Shown piece by piece: positions 24,501 through 36,556 of a stretch of DNA of 64,000 nucleotides. Position 1 is the stretch's first letter; every line of letters starts with the position of its first letter. This DNA is from Paraspadella gotoi (taxonomy: Eukaryota > Animalia > Chaetognatha). The translations under genes and the position numbers were made by a program. The stretch spans positions 8,753,619-8,817,618 of the forward strand of contig CM119269.1 in the NCBI GenBank assembly GCA_051294375.1. Direction: 5' to 3'. The notes beneath the pieces were generated by a model. That model was not told the DNA's origin, ran no database searches, and saw only the letters and a list, made by a program, of their open reading frames with translations.

Positions 24501-27500
24501 GATAATCATAGCAAACCGTTTTTTTAAATAAAGAAAGCTTCCTACTAATCAATTAGATCAAAAGAGATTGTAATGTAAGTTCAGAAATCATTGTCTAAAA
24601 GAGCCCGATCGTACGTGGTGCCAATTCAAAGTACAGAAGGCTTCTTATTATAGAATGATATCGGGTTTCTTTCCGACCAGGGTTCCCACCAAACTACCAG
24701 ATGGAATTTTATAAAATTTTACATACAGGGTTAATGACTAAATTAATATTGATATCCAATCCCTAAAAGGAGATACAGGGCCCAGTGGGGAAAATGTTTG
24801 CTATTTTTGATCCCCGAGGGGACCTACATCTCGGCTCATTGAAAATCGCCTCAATAGTTCCCATAGTTCTCATAGGAATCGCGCATACCAAATTTCTATA
24901 AATTTGGTTGAGTACTCTATTCGGAATCATATCTGGTCAGAAAAAAGTATCATATCATTTTATAATATGAAGCACGTTTGACGATAGTGAAGAGACAGTA
25001 ATTATTGTTATGTGTTAGTGACAGAATCGTTCAATATAAACACGAAACAGTCCCTGAGCTTCGGATTAAGCTGTAACACCGTGTTTCAGGCGGGTTAAGT
25101 GACCCGTTCCTCTTAACTGTGTTATTGGCGGTAAGTGCATCGCCAGGTTGAGGCATGTCGCCTGTTAGAGTTGTTGCTGTTGTGTTCGTAAGTCGGGCTC
25201 ACCAATGAAGAGACAATAATTATTGTTATGTGTTAGTGACAAAACCGTTCAATATAAGCAGTCCCTGAGCTTCGGATCGGGCTGTAACACCATGTTACTG
25301 GCGGGTGAAGCGCCCCATCCCTCTTAACTGCAAGGCAACCACCGGGCAAGAACCCCGGACCTTTGGGTTGGGAGGCGAATGACTTGCCTCCGGCACCAAC
25401 GGCCGCTGATGAATGGTTGGTGGATTTTAGTCTACCATCATAGTATCTTAAGAATATTTTCTTTCAGTAAAAGGTATCTGGCTTTGTAATAATATTTGAA
25501 TTTTTTAGCTAATGATTGATAAACATAAACATACATGGTGACAATTATAAACACGTTGCTAAAAAAACGCTTCTATTTACAAACCTGTAAAAATTAAAAA
25601 TGTTAAATATTAACTTTAAAGTAAAAACCAAAACTATTTATAAGTAGAAATTATAGATGAATCGATTTTGATATGCCTTAGCAATGATAGCAGGAAGATA
25701 AAGTTGAAAACCGTCTCTTATTTTTAAACTCACTATTTTTCTATTCATTTTTTTCTCTGACTTTCAGTTAGCTTTTTAAAAAAAATTTAATAAAATAGTA
25801 TCAATATTATTATCTTCTGAAAGCCCTTGCAAATATGAAGAGAATGATGTATTTACGAATACTGTAGTATAAAATTAGCCTGCCCAGCTTAAATTTAATT
25901 AAGATAGTAAAAACCAAAACTTTTTTCAAAAAATAAAGCAAATAGAGGATTATTATTTAATTCTGGATTAGCATTACTAAATCATTTGGGCTTTTTTATG
26001 ATACCCGTATAAATAAGAATTTTTTAGATTATTATAATTTAAATAAGTTATATATTTTAAAAAAACAGATTTAAAATTTTAGATAATTCCATTTTAACTC
26101 TCTTAATTTAACAGAGGCTGGGTGGGTTAAATTTTGTTAGAACTTTCGTAAGTATATCATTCCCTTTACCTTTTAAGGGTTTAGTTATTAATATTAGTAA
26201 TATTTTAATTAATTTAAAAAAATTAAAAGTCAAATTTAAAAACAGTGAGTTGGAAGATGAAAGGCCATTTTCAAAACTAACTTTCTCCACAGATTATTAA
26301 AGCATATCTTAACTGATCAATATAAAATTTATACAGATAAATGATTTTGATATTTTTCTAGCGGCGGATTTAGAATTGTCACCTTGTAAACCGTTGTGAA
26401 ATCAAAGTTTTTAACACATTCCATCTAAGGTTAATTCTGTTCGGTCTGATGGCGGGGATGTTCGTCATTTTCACCGCGATCGAAGGTGGTGACCCGACGA
26501 CCGGTCCCGGATTCGAAAAGAAGATGCCCAAGTTGATTGACTTCTCAGCCGTCAAGAGAAACATAAATAAAGGTTTTTATTATTTTAATTATCGAATTAC
26601 TAAATTGATCAATTTTGTCAAGGATCTTAAATTCTTAATCCTTATAACTAATCCTTAAGTTAATGGTTCACCTTAATTCCTTACTGAATATATAATCTTA
26701 ATCCTAAACAGTTACCCATAATCCTAAACCTTAATCGATGGCTCAAAATTTAATCCCAAACTAAAAATTCCTAACCCTGACTCCTAAAATAATCGTTAAA
26801 ATTATCCAAACCTTAAACTTAAAGTTACCCAATAAATATAATGATAAGGTTTCGGGGGAAAACACAAGCTGGAGTTTCCTTACAAATATGGATCGATGCT
26901 GTACTTTCCTGGGCTAGAGCCTGTTACCCTCGGCGAGTGGAGTGGCTACAGGGGGAAAAAGAAAAGGGCCTACGAGAGCTATCAACAATTTTTTCGCGGG
27001 GTCGCCCTGGAATTCAAGATTCATAAAAATGGGAGCGTGAGAAGTGAGTAGTGTTGGATATTAGTTATTAGTTGTCGTTGTATAACTATTAAGTTAGCTT
27101 TAGTTTTTCTAATGATATAGTTCTACCTTTTTGAGGTAAAAAAAGGATAATTTCTCTTCCTTTCTTTCTCTTCTCTCCCTTCTTGAGTTCTTAATTTTTT
27201 ATTTCGCCAGACGGGCCCGTCTTGGGCGACCTTTAGGTTTAATAATGCTTCTTATTGACGTCGTCGTCGTCGTGGTTGTCGTTGTCATACTTTTTTTACA
27301 ATTGGATATTGTAAAAATGTGTATTTGTAAGAAGCTAAAAATTTAGATTTGGCTTTTCATTATTAAGATCTTTTAAAATAACATATTTCATATTGATACA
27401 AATATTTTTTTTAAATTCCCATCATATTATGACTAACTGTGATATGCAAATTAGAATATAGTATAGTATAATATAATATAGTATAGTATAGAAAAAAATT

Positions 27501-30500
27501 TATTGTTTTTAAATTAAATGTAGCTCTCTCACTCTCTTTTTTTCTCAGTCGCTGCCTCTTTTTATTCATCCAAAAACGAGTTGATCGCTGCAGCCGCTGG
27601 ACTTTATTCTCTCTCTCTCTTTCTCTTTCACTCTCTCTATCTTTATCTTTCTCTCTCTCTTTCTCTCTCATTCTTTATCTCTCTATATTTCTCTATTTAT
27701 CTTTATTTGTTTTTAATTTTAAAAAATATTGTTAGAATCGAACTTATCTCTTTTTCTATCTTTCTATCTCTCCCGCATTTATTCATTCAATGTTTTTAAA
27801 TTTAATTAAATTCGTTCAATTTAATTAATTCAATTCATACATTTAAATTTATTTACTCAATGAAATTTATTTATCTCAATTTTTTAATTTATTTAAATTA
27901 AATAAACTTAAATTTGATTCATTCATTTAATTCATTTTATTTAATTCATTTAATTCAATTCATTTTATTTAATTCATTTCATTCAAATCATTTATTTCAA
28001 TTCATTTTATTTCGTTTTATTCATTCATTTCAATTTTTATACGTTTTCCCCTTAATGATTCCTTCTCATCACATCCATAATTCATTATAATTGCATCAAT
28101 AATTCGTTAACATCGCATCAATAATTCATCAACATTACATCAATAATTCGTTTTTAAGATTTGTTTTATTAATTTTTTTTTGATAGTAAAGTCTGACAAG
28201 ATCACTATACTTTTTCTTCCCTTCTCCCTTCTCTGCCTTCTTCCTTCTTTCCCTTCTCATTCTCATTCTCATCTCCGTTTTCTCCCTTATTATATCGATC
28301 AATTTTTAAACCAGAAAAATGGGCGAACGAATACAACGAATTGTACTGGGATTATTTCAAGAAAAGGTTAAAGATAATGCTGTGATTCGTCTTCTTGTAA
28401 CATAATGGTTCACACTTCATAGTATGTACGTCATATTGAAACAACTGCAAAGGGTTGTATCCGTATGAATTTCTAGCATAAAGTAATTTCATTCAACCTA
28501 TTTATAATTCAAGTCACGTCCTTTTATCTCATTGTTTATTTGTAAAAAATTAACGGGAAACGAAAGGTACAAAATCCCGAGGACGTCGATGAACCAATCC
28601 TGCTTGGTCAACCCTGGCAAGTTCCGCCCTTACGGAAAAGGCTGGAACAAGGCGGCTTGCCCCTGGCCCAACACCAACAACATTACAAAGAAGTCTTTTC
28701 TTACCCATCACTGCAAGGAGGTCAAGAAGGGGAAGGGCAGGTCGAAGAAAGGAAAGGGCAAAACCAACACTACTCAATGCTATCCTTACATCTACTTCAC
28801 CATCAACAAAGTCTATGGGTGGATTCCTCAAAAGACGAGGCTAAATGACACGGTGAGGAAAGTGTATAAAAGCAGTGAGATGAGGTGATGAAGTTTAAAA
28901 ATGTGTAATGATAAGTGAAAATCAGTGAGAAGTGAAGATCGGAGAGTGAAGCGTGAGAGCGTGATCTGTGTTTAGCAATTATTTAAGGGGGATGATAAAA
29001 GGTTATAAGTGTAAGACGAGAAGTAAATGGAGGGTTGAGTAGTGAGAGAGATGAATGCAGACTAAAGAGAGACCAAATTAGGACTGAGAACTGAGAGAAG
29101 AAGAGACGATAATGAGTGAGATAGAAAAGTCAAGTCCGACAACGAGAAGGATATCATTAAAAGATATTGTTAATTAATTGTTGATTTAATTATGCAAGTT
29201 GATTAAATTATGAAAGTTGACCAAATTATGCAAGTTGGTATTGGCACAGCTACTGGTAATGATTGATAGATCAATTGATTTATAGATTTTTTCATAGATT
29301 TATTAAGAAGTCTGTTATGATTTGTTATAATTACAAATTGAGAGTCAGAAAAATTACCATGACGCAAACGGCCACTACTTGTCCGCAGTGGCCGAACACG
29401 CCATTGAAGCAGGTCATCTGTTCAGAGAGACAGACTGTCTTTTGGTGGCCAGAGATGACAACTGTTACACGAGAGGTATTAGAAAGGCAATTTACATCAA
29501 AGCCCTCGAGCCCTCTTTGAACCGTGATGGAGGGCTGCCCCCCTGCTACGACTCGCTCCTCACGAGCGTGGTGGCTCGTCCTGAGCCACCAAGGCTCCAC
29601 AATGACTCCCCTGTCCCGACTCAACGGAGCAGAGGGAGAGCTTCCCTGGCACGTCAGTGGTCAAGCAGTGCCGCATCCTCAACTGTAGAAACACGGGATG
29701 ACTCACCTCAACCCAGGCGCCCACCCAAAAGACGGCTACAGCTGGAGGATGGCGGGATCCCAGAGTCAGCCCCAAAGCAGACCCGTGGTTCTATAGAAGA
29801 TATTGTTGGTTTGTTAGTAGTTTGGTTGTTCTATTTAGAAGATATTATTGTTTTGTTAGTTGTTTGGTTGTTCTATTTAGAAGATATTGTTGTTTTGTTA
29901 GTAGTTTGGTTGTTTTATTTAGAAGATATTGTTGTTTTGTTAGTAGATTTGTTGTTCTATTTAAAAGATATTGTTGTTTAGTTAGTAGTTTGGTTGTTCT
30001 ATTAAAGTTCTAATATTTAGGATAAGCAGATCCGACTCAAAACTATTAATCGCAGTTTCGTTTGATCACGTGATTTAGGTAACCATCTACTGCGAGATCG
30101 ACGCCAGCGAAGGACGCAACCAAATCGGACACTTAAAAAAAAGAGACTTTGAAGTACGTGGAAGGATTCCAGAATGAGGCTCCACCACTCTCGGTACGAG
30201 GCTCCCATTACCCCCTTTGTGCCTTTGTAGGGAAAGGTTGAGAAGAAGATTGAGGGAGTGATGGACGACTTTGTCCAAGTGGACGCTTCGAGATATCCTT
30301 ACCTGGGACAAGATGGTTACATCTCTCCGATGATCAGGTGTGTTGGGTTCAGTTGGTTTTGAGTCGGATGGATTACTTTATTTTATCGGTTCGTTGGTTA
30401 AATCGTGTCTGTGTGTCCGCTAAATCGCTTGATTAAATCACTGGGTTAATTCACTTATATCCATTTTGTTCTTGATTTTATTGATGTTAATTTTAATTAT

Positions 30501-31752
30501 TCGTGAATCACGTTTCCTCTTCTACCGAGTCTCGTTGGACCCGATTTCGTTAAAGCCGAACTGCGAGTTTTCATTTTCATTTTGCAGATACAAAGTGGTG
30601 AAGCTGCCAAAGATGAAGAAGCAGGACGTGGACATGATTCTCAAGTGTCGCGTCGACTACGAAGGTTACGATGACCAGATGCTCAAACGTGCCCCATTCC
30701 ACACGCGGATCAACGAGGAAAGATATTGGACTCACATTAGGTGAGGTGAAGATGTGGTTGTTGTTGTTGTTGTTTTTGTTATCGTTTTCGTCTTGTAAAA
30801 TTCCTATCCATACATGAAGGTCCAGTTCTTTTTGGACAAAAAATTAAGTACTTACAGGTTGAGAGCGGTTTAAGATATTTAAAAAAATTAAAACCATATA
30901 AAAAAATTAGGCGCTTTCGTCCTGGCCCAAAAATGGTTTTACAACTGTCTTAATTTACCCTTTTTTTCATCACATGTCTTATTTTTCCGCGCCTTTCCCC
31001 GACAAAATTTAAAATTTTTTTAGTAAAAATCAAAAATAAAGACGAGGACAGTTCACCTGACTGTGATCCTATTGACTATTACGAAGGGGTAGTGCCAGAA
31101 GTCAAATTCGTTTCCTGCATAACCTTCCACTTTCTGAAAGATAGTGGTCAAAATGTAAGCTATCCTGCCGGGCCTAGTCGAAAAGCATTGTGTTGTCTTT
31201 CATGGATACTTTTTACACTTTTACTAATTCTTATTCCATTACAATAATATTTACCCATAATAATGACTTTCTTAATATTTTCCGAATTGAGATTATGCTC
31301 CCTATATTAACTTAAGTGACAATTAAAAAAAAGCTTTGTTTTCATATTTAACTAACGATATTAGACTAAGTATGACCTCTACCTCCGAACAAGCTTTGAA
31401 TTTTTCTCTGCACACATCGCCTCGCACACCCTGACTTCATCGCGATATCGTCATAAAAAGAAAGCGAATTCTTTTCAGATTTCGTATGTCGTCGTCTTCG
31501 TGGAAGACGACGCCTTCAGTCGTGAGTCTCGCGTTCGGCGTCGTCGCTGCCATCTTAACAGGCGCCATCGCTTCGGGCGTCGTCGTTACCATCTTCACAG
31601 GCGCCATCGCTTCGGGCCTCGTCGCCGCCATCTTCACCGGCGTCATCGCTTCCGATTTGGCGGCGAGCGGCATCAACGGCGCTTTCTTGGCCGGCGTCAC
31701 GCCCCTCGGTGTCGATTCTTCGCTCTCATCGATGCTCACTTGTTTTTTTTAA
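21595..31752 (+). CDS. Na+/K+-ATPase beta subunit-like (nervana/ATP1B family), exons 21595-21714, 22385-22527, 26430-26572, 26849-27043, 28315-28366, 28567-28852, 30079-30153, 30231-30337, 30588-30740, 31479-31752
   Basis: CKKFCCNKEEKTCMEKTGFDWFFII (compare WKKFIWN..GRTGGSW), TM helix, FPGL, six extracellular Cys, YPYIYFTINKVYGWIP and RYPYLGQDGYISPMI. All exon phases are consistent. The true start is uncertain (Met at 21670 or further upstream), and the gene may instead stop at 30744. Confidence 0.85.
21878..21950 (+). repeat. Interspersed repeat family, also at about 58618-58665 and 63486-63555
   Basis: Three diverged copies of AAATTGGTACAACCAATATAAAAATTATCCATTCATTTAATAA(ATAAGCTATCTTGTCCCTGACT). 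Confidence 0.75.
24988..25440 (-). mobile_element. Miniature LTR element (TRIM) with tRNA-containing LTR, internally deleted two-LTR copy
   Basis: 5' LTR TG..CA at 25440-25206 (235 bp) with A box TGGTGCCGGAGG, TCGCCTCCCA and B box GGTTCTTGCCC. PBS TGGTGAGCCCGAC at 25204-25192. Partial 3' LTR ending TCTCTTCA at 24988. Flanked by a CTA(T) direct repeat. Confidence 0.82.
29376..29790 (+). mobile_element. Penelope-like retroelement 3' fragment (C-terminal half of GIY-YIG endonuclease), intronic
   Basis: SAVAEHAIEAGH...YTRGIRKAIYIKALEPSLNRDGG matches the PLE SA.AEH....H / R..REAI.I....P.LNRD.G pattern, with the catalytic Glu replaced by Lys; no RT present. Confidence 0.85.
29790..30020 (+). repeat. 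45-bp tandem repeat, about 5 copies
   Basis: Unit TCTATTTAGAAGATATTGTTGTTTTGTTAGTAGTTTGGTTGT(T); explains the repetitive LEDIVVLLVVWLFY tail of ORF 29379-29981. Confidence 0.9.
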
Positions 31753-31804
31753 ATGATAAATGTAATGAGTAGTAATAAAAGTAAACGCAGATATTGTAGT
31801 TTTT

Positions 31805-31909
<105 letters not shown>

Positions 31910-32092
31910 TTCTTCTCTCTCATTTAAAAATTAGCTTAAAAATTGTACTTACATAGAAATAAGATAACAAAAATAAACCTTCACACCATAAAACTTTAGT
32001 TAGCCCGGGTTAAGAAAAAAAAAACACCAAAATCTGTGATAATCAATAAATATTTTTTTTCGACTAAAACTTTTAATTGTCTCGGCCAAAAT

Positions 32093-33376
32093 ATGGACAT
32101 GCCCATGTATTTCTCGTGGAATCCCGACACGGTGTTTCTCTTCAAAGGCTGGAATTTGCAGGTGCAGCACTACATTTTTATTTTTATTCCCTGTACCACG
32201 CAATAAATTTATGATCCCACTACGCATTCACGATTATATCTCTTCATTACAGAGTAATCCGTTGTACCACGTATCAACATTCACCAATTCATTTCTGATC
32301 TTTAGTTGCACCAGGCATCCCCGATTATCACCGCTTGCCACAGCGATCCTCTGTACCCCGCAGCCCCTAATCATCCTAAATGACAAGGCAATCTCTTGTA
32401 GTACCGTGCAACAGCAATTATATTTCTTCATGCGCATTCGAGATTGCCCCTACTTAACAGAGAAATCTGCTTTACCACACATCCCTGATTTTCTTTACTT
32501 AAAAAGAATTCCAATTTACCACGCATCCGCGAATCTCCATAATTTACAGAGCGATCCGCTGTACCACGCCGCCGCTGCTCTGCTCGTCTTTTTTCTCTCC
32601 TTTGTGGATCAGTTCGTCGAGTTTCTTCGAATCATCGGCGCTGAAATTCTGAGATCGAAAAAGGAGAAATGCTGCGAGACAGAGGGTGGACCTTGCAGGG
32701 CCGTGATGCAGGTCGGGGCCTGAAATGCGGGGCCGTGTTGCAGGTCGCGGCTGGAATTAAAAGGCTGTGAACTGGCGTGGCGAATTTCGTAATTGCTGGG
32801 TCTTAATCTGTGGTTTTCAATCGCTGCTGTTTGGTGAATCGTACTTATGGCTTTTTTACATCCAATTGTTGTCATCATCGTGGTTTAGGTCATCGCCCAC
32901 GTGGTTAAAGTCGTGTGGTTTTGGATCAGTCCTCCAGTGGTTGTCATCATTGTGGTTTCAGTCGTGGTCTTTGTCAAGTTTGTGGTTTTCATCTCCGTCG
33001 CTCAATCCCTTCCTCGTTTTTCACAGTTGAACCAACTTTCCAAACGCGGCTGCTGCAATCCTGACCCCGCGGGTCAGTTCTGCTGCGAACAGTCGAAACA
33101 CAAACCTTCAGGATGCTGCGAGACCGTCGCCGTCGTCACAGGTCCCCGTCTTTGCTGCTTCTACTCCTACAAGCTTAATGCTTACTAAGCCTGACTATTG
33201 CACTCAGAGGGAGAGGCGTTGCAAGATAACACGAACAAATCCCGTCGCATGCACACGTGCGCTAAGGAAAGGTGCACGCAGGAATTTTGTCCGGGGAAGA
33301 AAAGGAGATGTCGACCGCCGAGATCTTCCCACGTCGTTAAGACGCTGTTGAAGGTGGGAGGTCCAGCAAATCGGTC

Positions 33377-33439
<63 letters not shown>

Positions 33440-34255
33440 TAATCCACCATTCAGAAATTCAGTCGCGTAATTTTATTATTAATAAATTATTAACTCGTCA
33501 AACGGTAAATCGTCAATCAATCAATCAATTAAACAGTGAATCAATCTATCAATTAAATAAATCAAATCAATCGATCATATATCCGATTAAACTAATTAAA
33601 TCAATAGACAGTATATTTAATAAATCGACAAATTCAGTTATAAAATCGGTCCTGGTTTTGGTTAAAAACCCCCAAATCCTGACCCAGATCCTTCGCCTCA
33701 CCATCCACTACGTCGTGATGAACGCGACGATGACTTTCTCCACTTGGATTCTTTTCAGCGCGGGACTGGGCGCCGGACTTGGGTGAGATAATAACCGATC
33801 GTCAAGGAACAATAATATAATTTATAGGTTTATACCGTGTTAAATGCAAGAAAGTAGCATTTTTTTTGTCTTTCTTTCTATTATTCCTATCTAATTGTTT
33901 TTTTTTTTTCATCTTCTTTCTTTCCTACTTTCCTCGCCTTTTTTCTCAGTTAATTTTTTTTTGTCCTCTTATCTCTCTTTAATTCTTTCTTTTTTATTTC
34001 TTTCCTCAATTTTCCCGTTTTTTTTTCTTTTTTCTTTCTTTCTCTCCGTCAATGTTCCTTTCTATCCTTCACTTTCTAAGCTATTTCTGCTTCGCCTGGA
34101 AGACCGAACAGAAAATGGCGGAGTTGGTGACGAAGAAGCGGGAAACGCTGCGCCAGCGGCAACAGCAGCCGGGTCAGTCCGTTTCGTCGAGAGACCCGTG
34201 CTGCCGTGCCAAGAGTCAACTCTCCGTCAACGAAGTCTTGGATACTGTCTTTTAA
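32093..34255 (+). CDS. Ctr-family (SLC31) copper transporter, 253 aa, exons 32093-32161, 32550-32711, 33027-33141, 33208-33353, 33688-33782, 34081-34255
   Basis: N-terminal MDMPMYFSW..VFLFKGW and TM1, then HVVKTLLKILRLTIHYVVMNATMTFSTWILFSAGLGAGLGYFCFAWK with the MxxxM and GxxxG signatures (compare human CTR1 MLIFM..GAGTGYFLFSWK). Exon lengths sum to 762 nt in phase. Confidence 0.9.
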
Positions 34256-34672
34256 TTACAAAGTTTTTTCTATTGTCTTTTAATTACAAAGTTTTTTCTT
34301 GCTTCTTTTGTCTTTTAATTTCCTTGTTTTGTTTTTTTCGTTTGTCTTTTAATAACAACTTCTTTTGCTTCAAATGTCTTTTTTTTACTTTGTCTTTTAA
34401 TTACTATGTCTTTGTTTTTTAATTCTCGAATCGTTTGTTTCGCCTTTTTCATTTTTCTCCCGTCTTTTTACGCCTCTTGTTTTTTCTGTCTTTTAATTCA
34501 CTTAACCCTTCTTTATTCCTGTCTCATGTTTATGATTCCTTTATCGTTTATTTCCCCTTGTCTTTTAATGCCACGTCTTGTCACAAATTTCCATAGTCTT
34601 TTAATCTCGTCTTTTAATTTTTTTTAATACTACTGTTAAACGGACGATATTTTTTAAAAGAAACAATAAGTC

Positions 34673-35137
34673 TTAAGGGGACCAAGTGACCATCGGGGGT
34701 AAAATTAAAAAGCATAACTTTTGACCTTATTATTCTGTTTTCTCTGGTCATTTGGGAAAGTAATTAAAAAATTTGATATTAATCAACTCGCCTAATTTTC
34801 TTTAAAAATTAAAAAGAAAATATTTTTCAAGTTAAAAAGTTTTTTATTTTTTTAAAATATATATAATTAAAAAATTTAAAAAAATTAAAAAATTAAAAAA
34901 AATTAAAAAATATAATTGATTAAAAAATATTTTTTATTACAAAATTAAAAAAAAAAAAAAAAAAATAAATTAAAATGTTTTTCCATAATTATCAAATTTT
35001 TATTTCCAATACAATAAAAGATCAAAATTTTTTTTATTTTCCCCTCAACAAAAAAATAATAATTATGACCATTTAAATTCCTTTGATGATAGACCCTTAG
35101 GCTCATGATAAAATTTTTATCACTGGGTCCCCTTTAA
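34673..35137. mobile_element. MITE with TTAA flanks (Kolobok-type termini)
   Basis: Left TTAAGGGGACCAAGTGA and right TCACTGGGTCCCCTTTAA are inverted repeats around an AT-rich interior. Confidence 0.7.
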
Positions 35138-36556
35138 TGTAACTATAAGATTTTCTCAATTACATAAATATTCAACAAGTTTTTCTCGCACTGCAGGAAA
35201 AAACGTTTTCTATTTTTTTTTCTAAATAACAAAAATGATTTTGAGCAAAAAAAATGTTAAAATAATTCTAAAACTGGAAATACCGGCCCTCGTCTAACTA
35301 GACAGATTTTTCATTCGTCTCGGACTCAAAGTGGCGATTGTAAATCAAGACCATTGAGACTTAAGCATTAACAGGTTAACCGTCACCGGTTACTTCTCTT
35401 TTTTTAATTTGATTTTCTTATTTTAGCTTAAAATTGTAAAATCTAACTGGACACCGATGAAAGATGGAAGGAATTCAATGTTCTATTTTTTTCTGTAATT
35501 CGTTTAACCATTTTTATTCTCGTTGAGAACGAAAACAATAGCCCAGGAGTTTTTACAATCGAATAAATATAGCGATAGTTATCGACAGAATGAAAAAAAA
35601 AAATGCCGGTCGCGGACAAATAAACGTTGAAGAGGCTAATCAAAAGAGTTTAGTTCTTTTGTTTGACAAAATCGATGATAAAAATGAATTAATTAATAAG
35701 TAAAGACCGGAGGTTATTTTATCGTTTTTGTGTGCTGTTTGCTTTAATAAGTTAAGCGGATGAGTTCGTGTAAAACAGGTAAGATGCCGCCTCGGCTTCA
35801 AAGGATAATATACAATATTTAAACGTTTATATTTATACGGATAAAATAGTTTATACTTCAACTTAAATACATCGTAAACGAAACTCGTTTTTCATGTTAG
35901 TAGTAATGTACAAAAAAGTAACTTCTTTTTAGTATTTTGAGATGAAAAAAGTAACGGACAACAAAAATGAAGTTGGCAGTCAAAGTGAATTTTTTGATGA
36001 CACGATGTCGGACGTAAAAATTAAATCCGAGTTTGGAGAAATTTCTTATTGTTACGCAAGATGAGCCCCAAAGTTCAGAAGAGTTCATTTTGAGTTCACA
36101 AATTTCAGATCTAGTTTTAAGTGATTTCTCGGTGAGCGGATCATAATGCAGGCATGATATGGAAATTGAAAAAGATCATAAAGATGATGATGATTCGAGA
36201 TGAAATTTTAAGTTCGATTTCACAGAATGACGTATATTTTATTTTATTCACAGAATTATGCACGAGGTTATTTTGATCACTGAATGGCGAAGAATAGACT
36301 TGACTGATTGAAACGTTTCACAGGTTGACGCAGTTCATTCTTGTATTCACAGATGTCTTGTTTGATTGCAAAATAAAATGAAGCTTTTCACAAAATGACT
36401 CCATGAATTTTTCCAAGTTCATTAAATGCGGCAGTGTATTTTTTTCAGATTTCAAAATGAAGTACGGACAGAAATTAATCAAGTTTACAGAGTTTACAGA
36501 TAGATGTACAATTACAGAGCGACGTTCGGTGAAGCGGGATCACGCCCCCCCTCCTT

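Noticed and set aside
27211-27236. Possible micro-exon TGPSWATFR in the beta-subunit gene
   Set aside because: It needs a different upstream donor and skipping of 28315-28366; the 27043-28315-28567 path is in phase and fits the family better. Not excluded as an alternative exon.
29740-29780. Degenerate hammerhead at the tail of the Penelope fragment (CTGGAGGATGGC..GCCCCAAAGC)
   Set aside because: Both core boxes deviate from CUGANGA and GAAA; too weak to call.
29790-30020. CRISPR-like array (also 48762-48915)
   Set aside because: Units are contiguous tandem repeats without unique spacers, the context is eukaryotic, and there are no cas genes.
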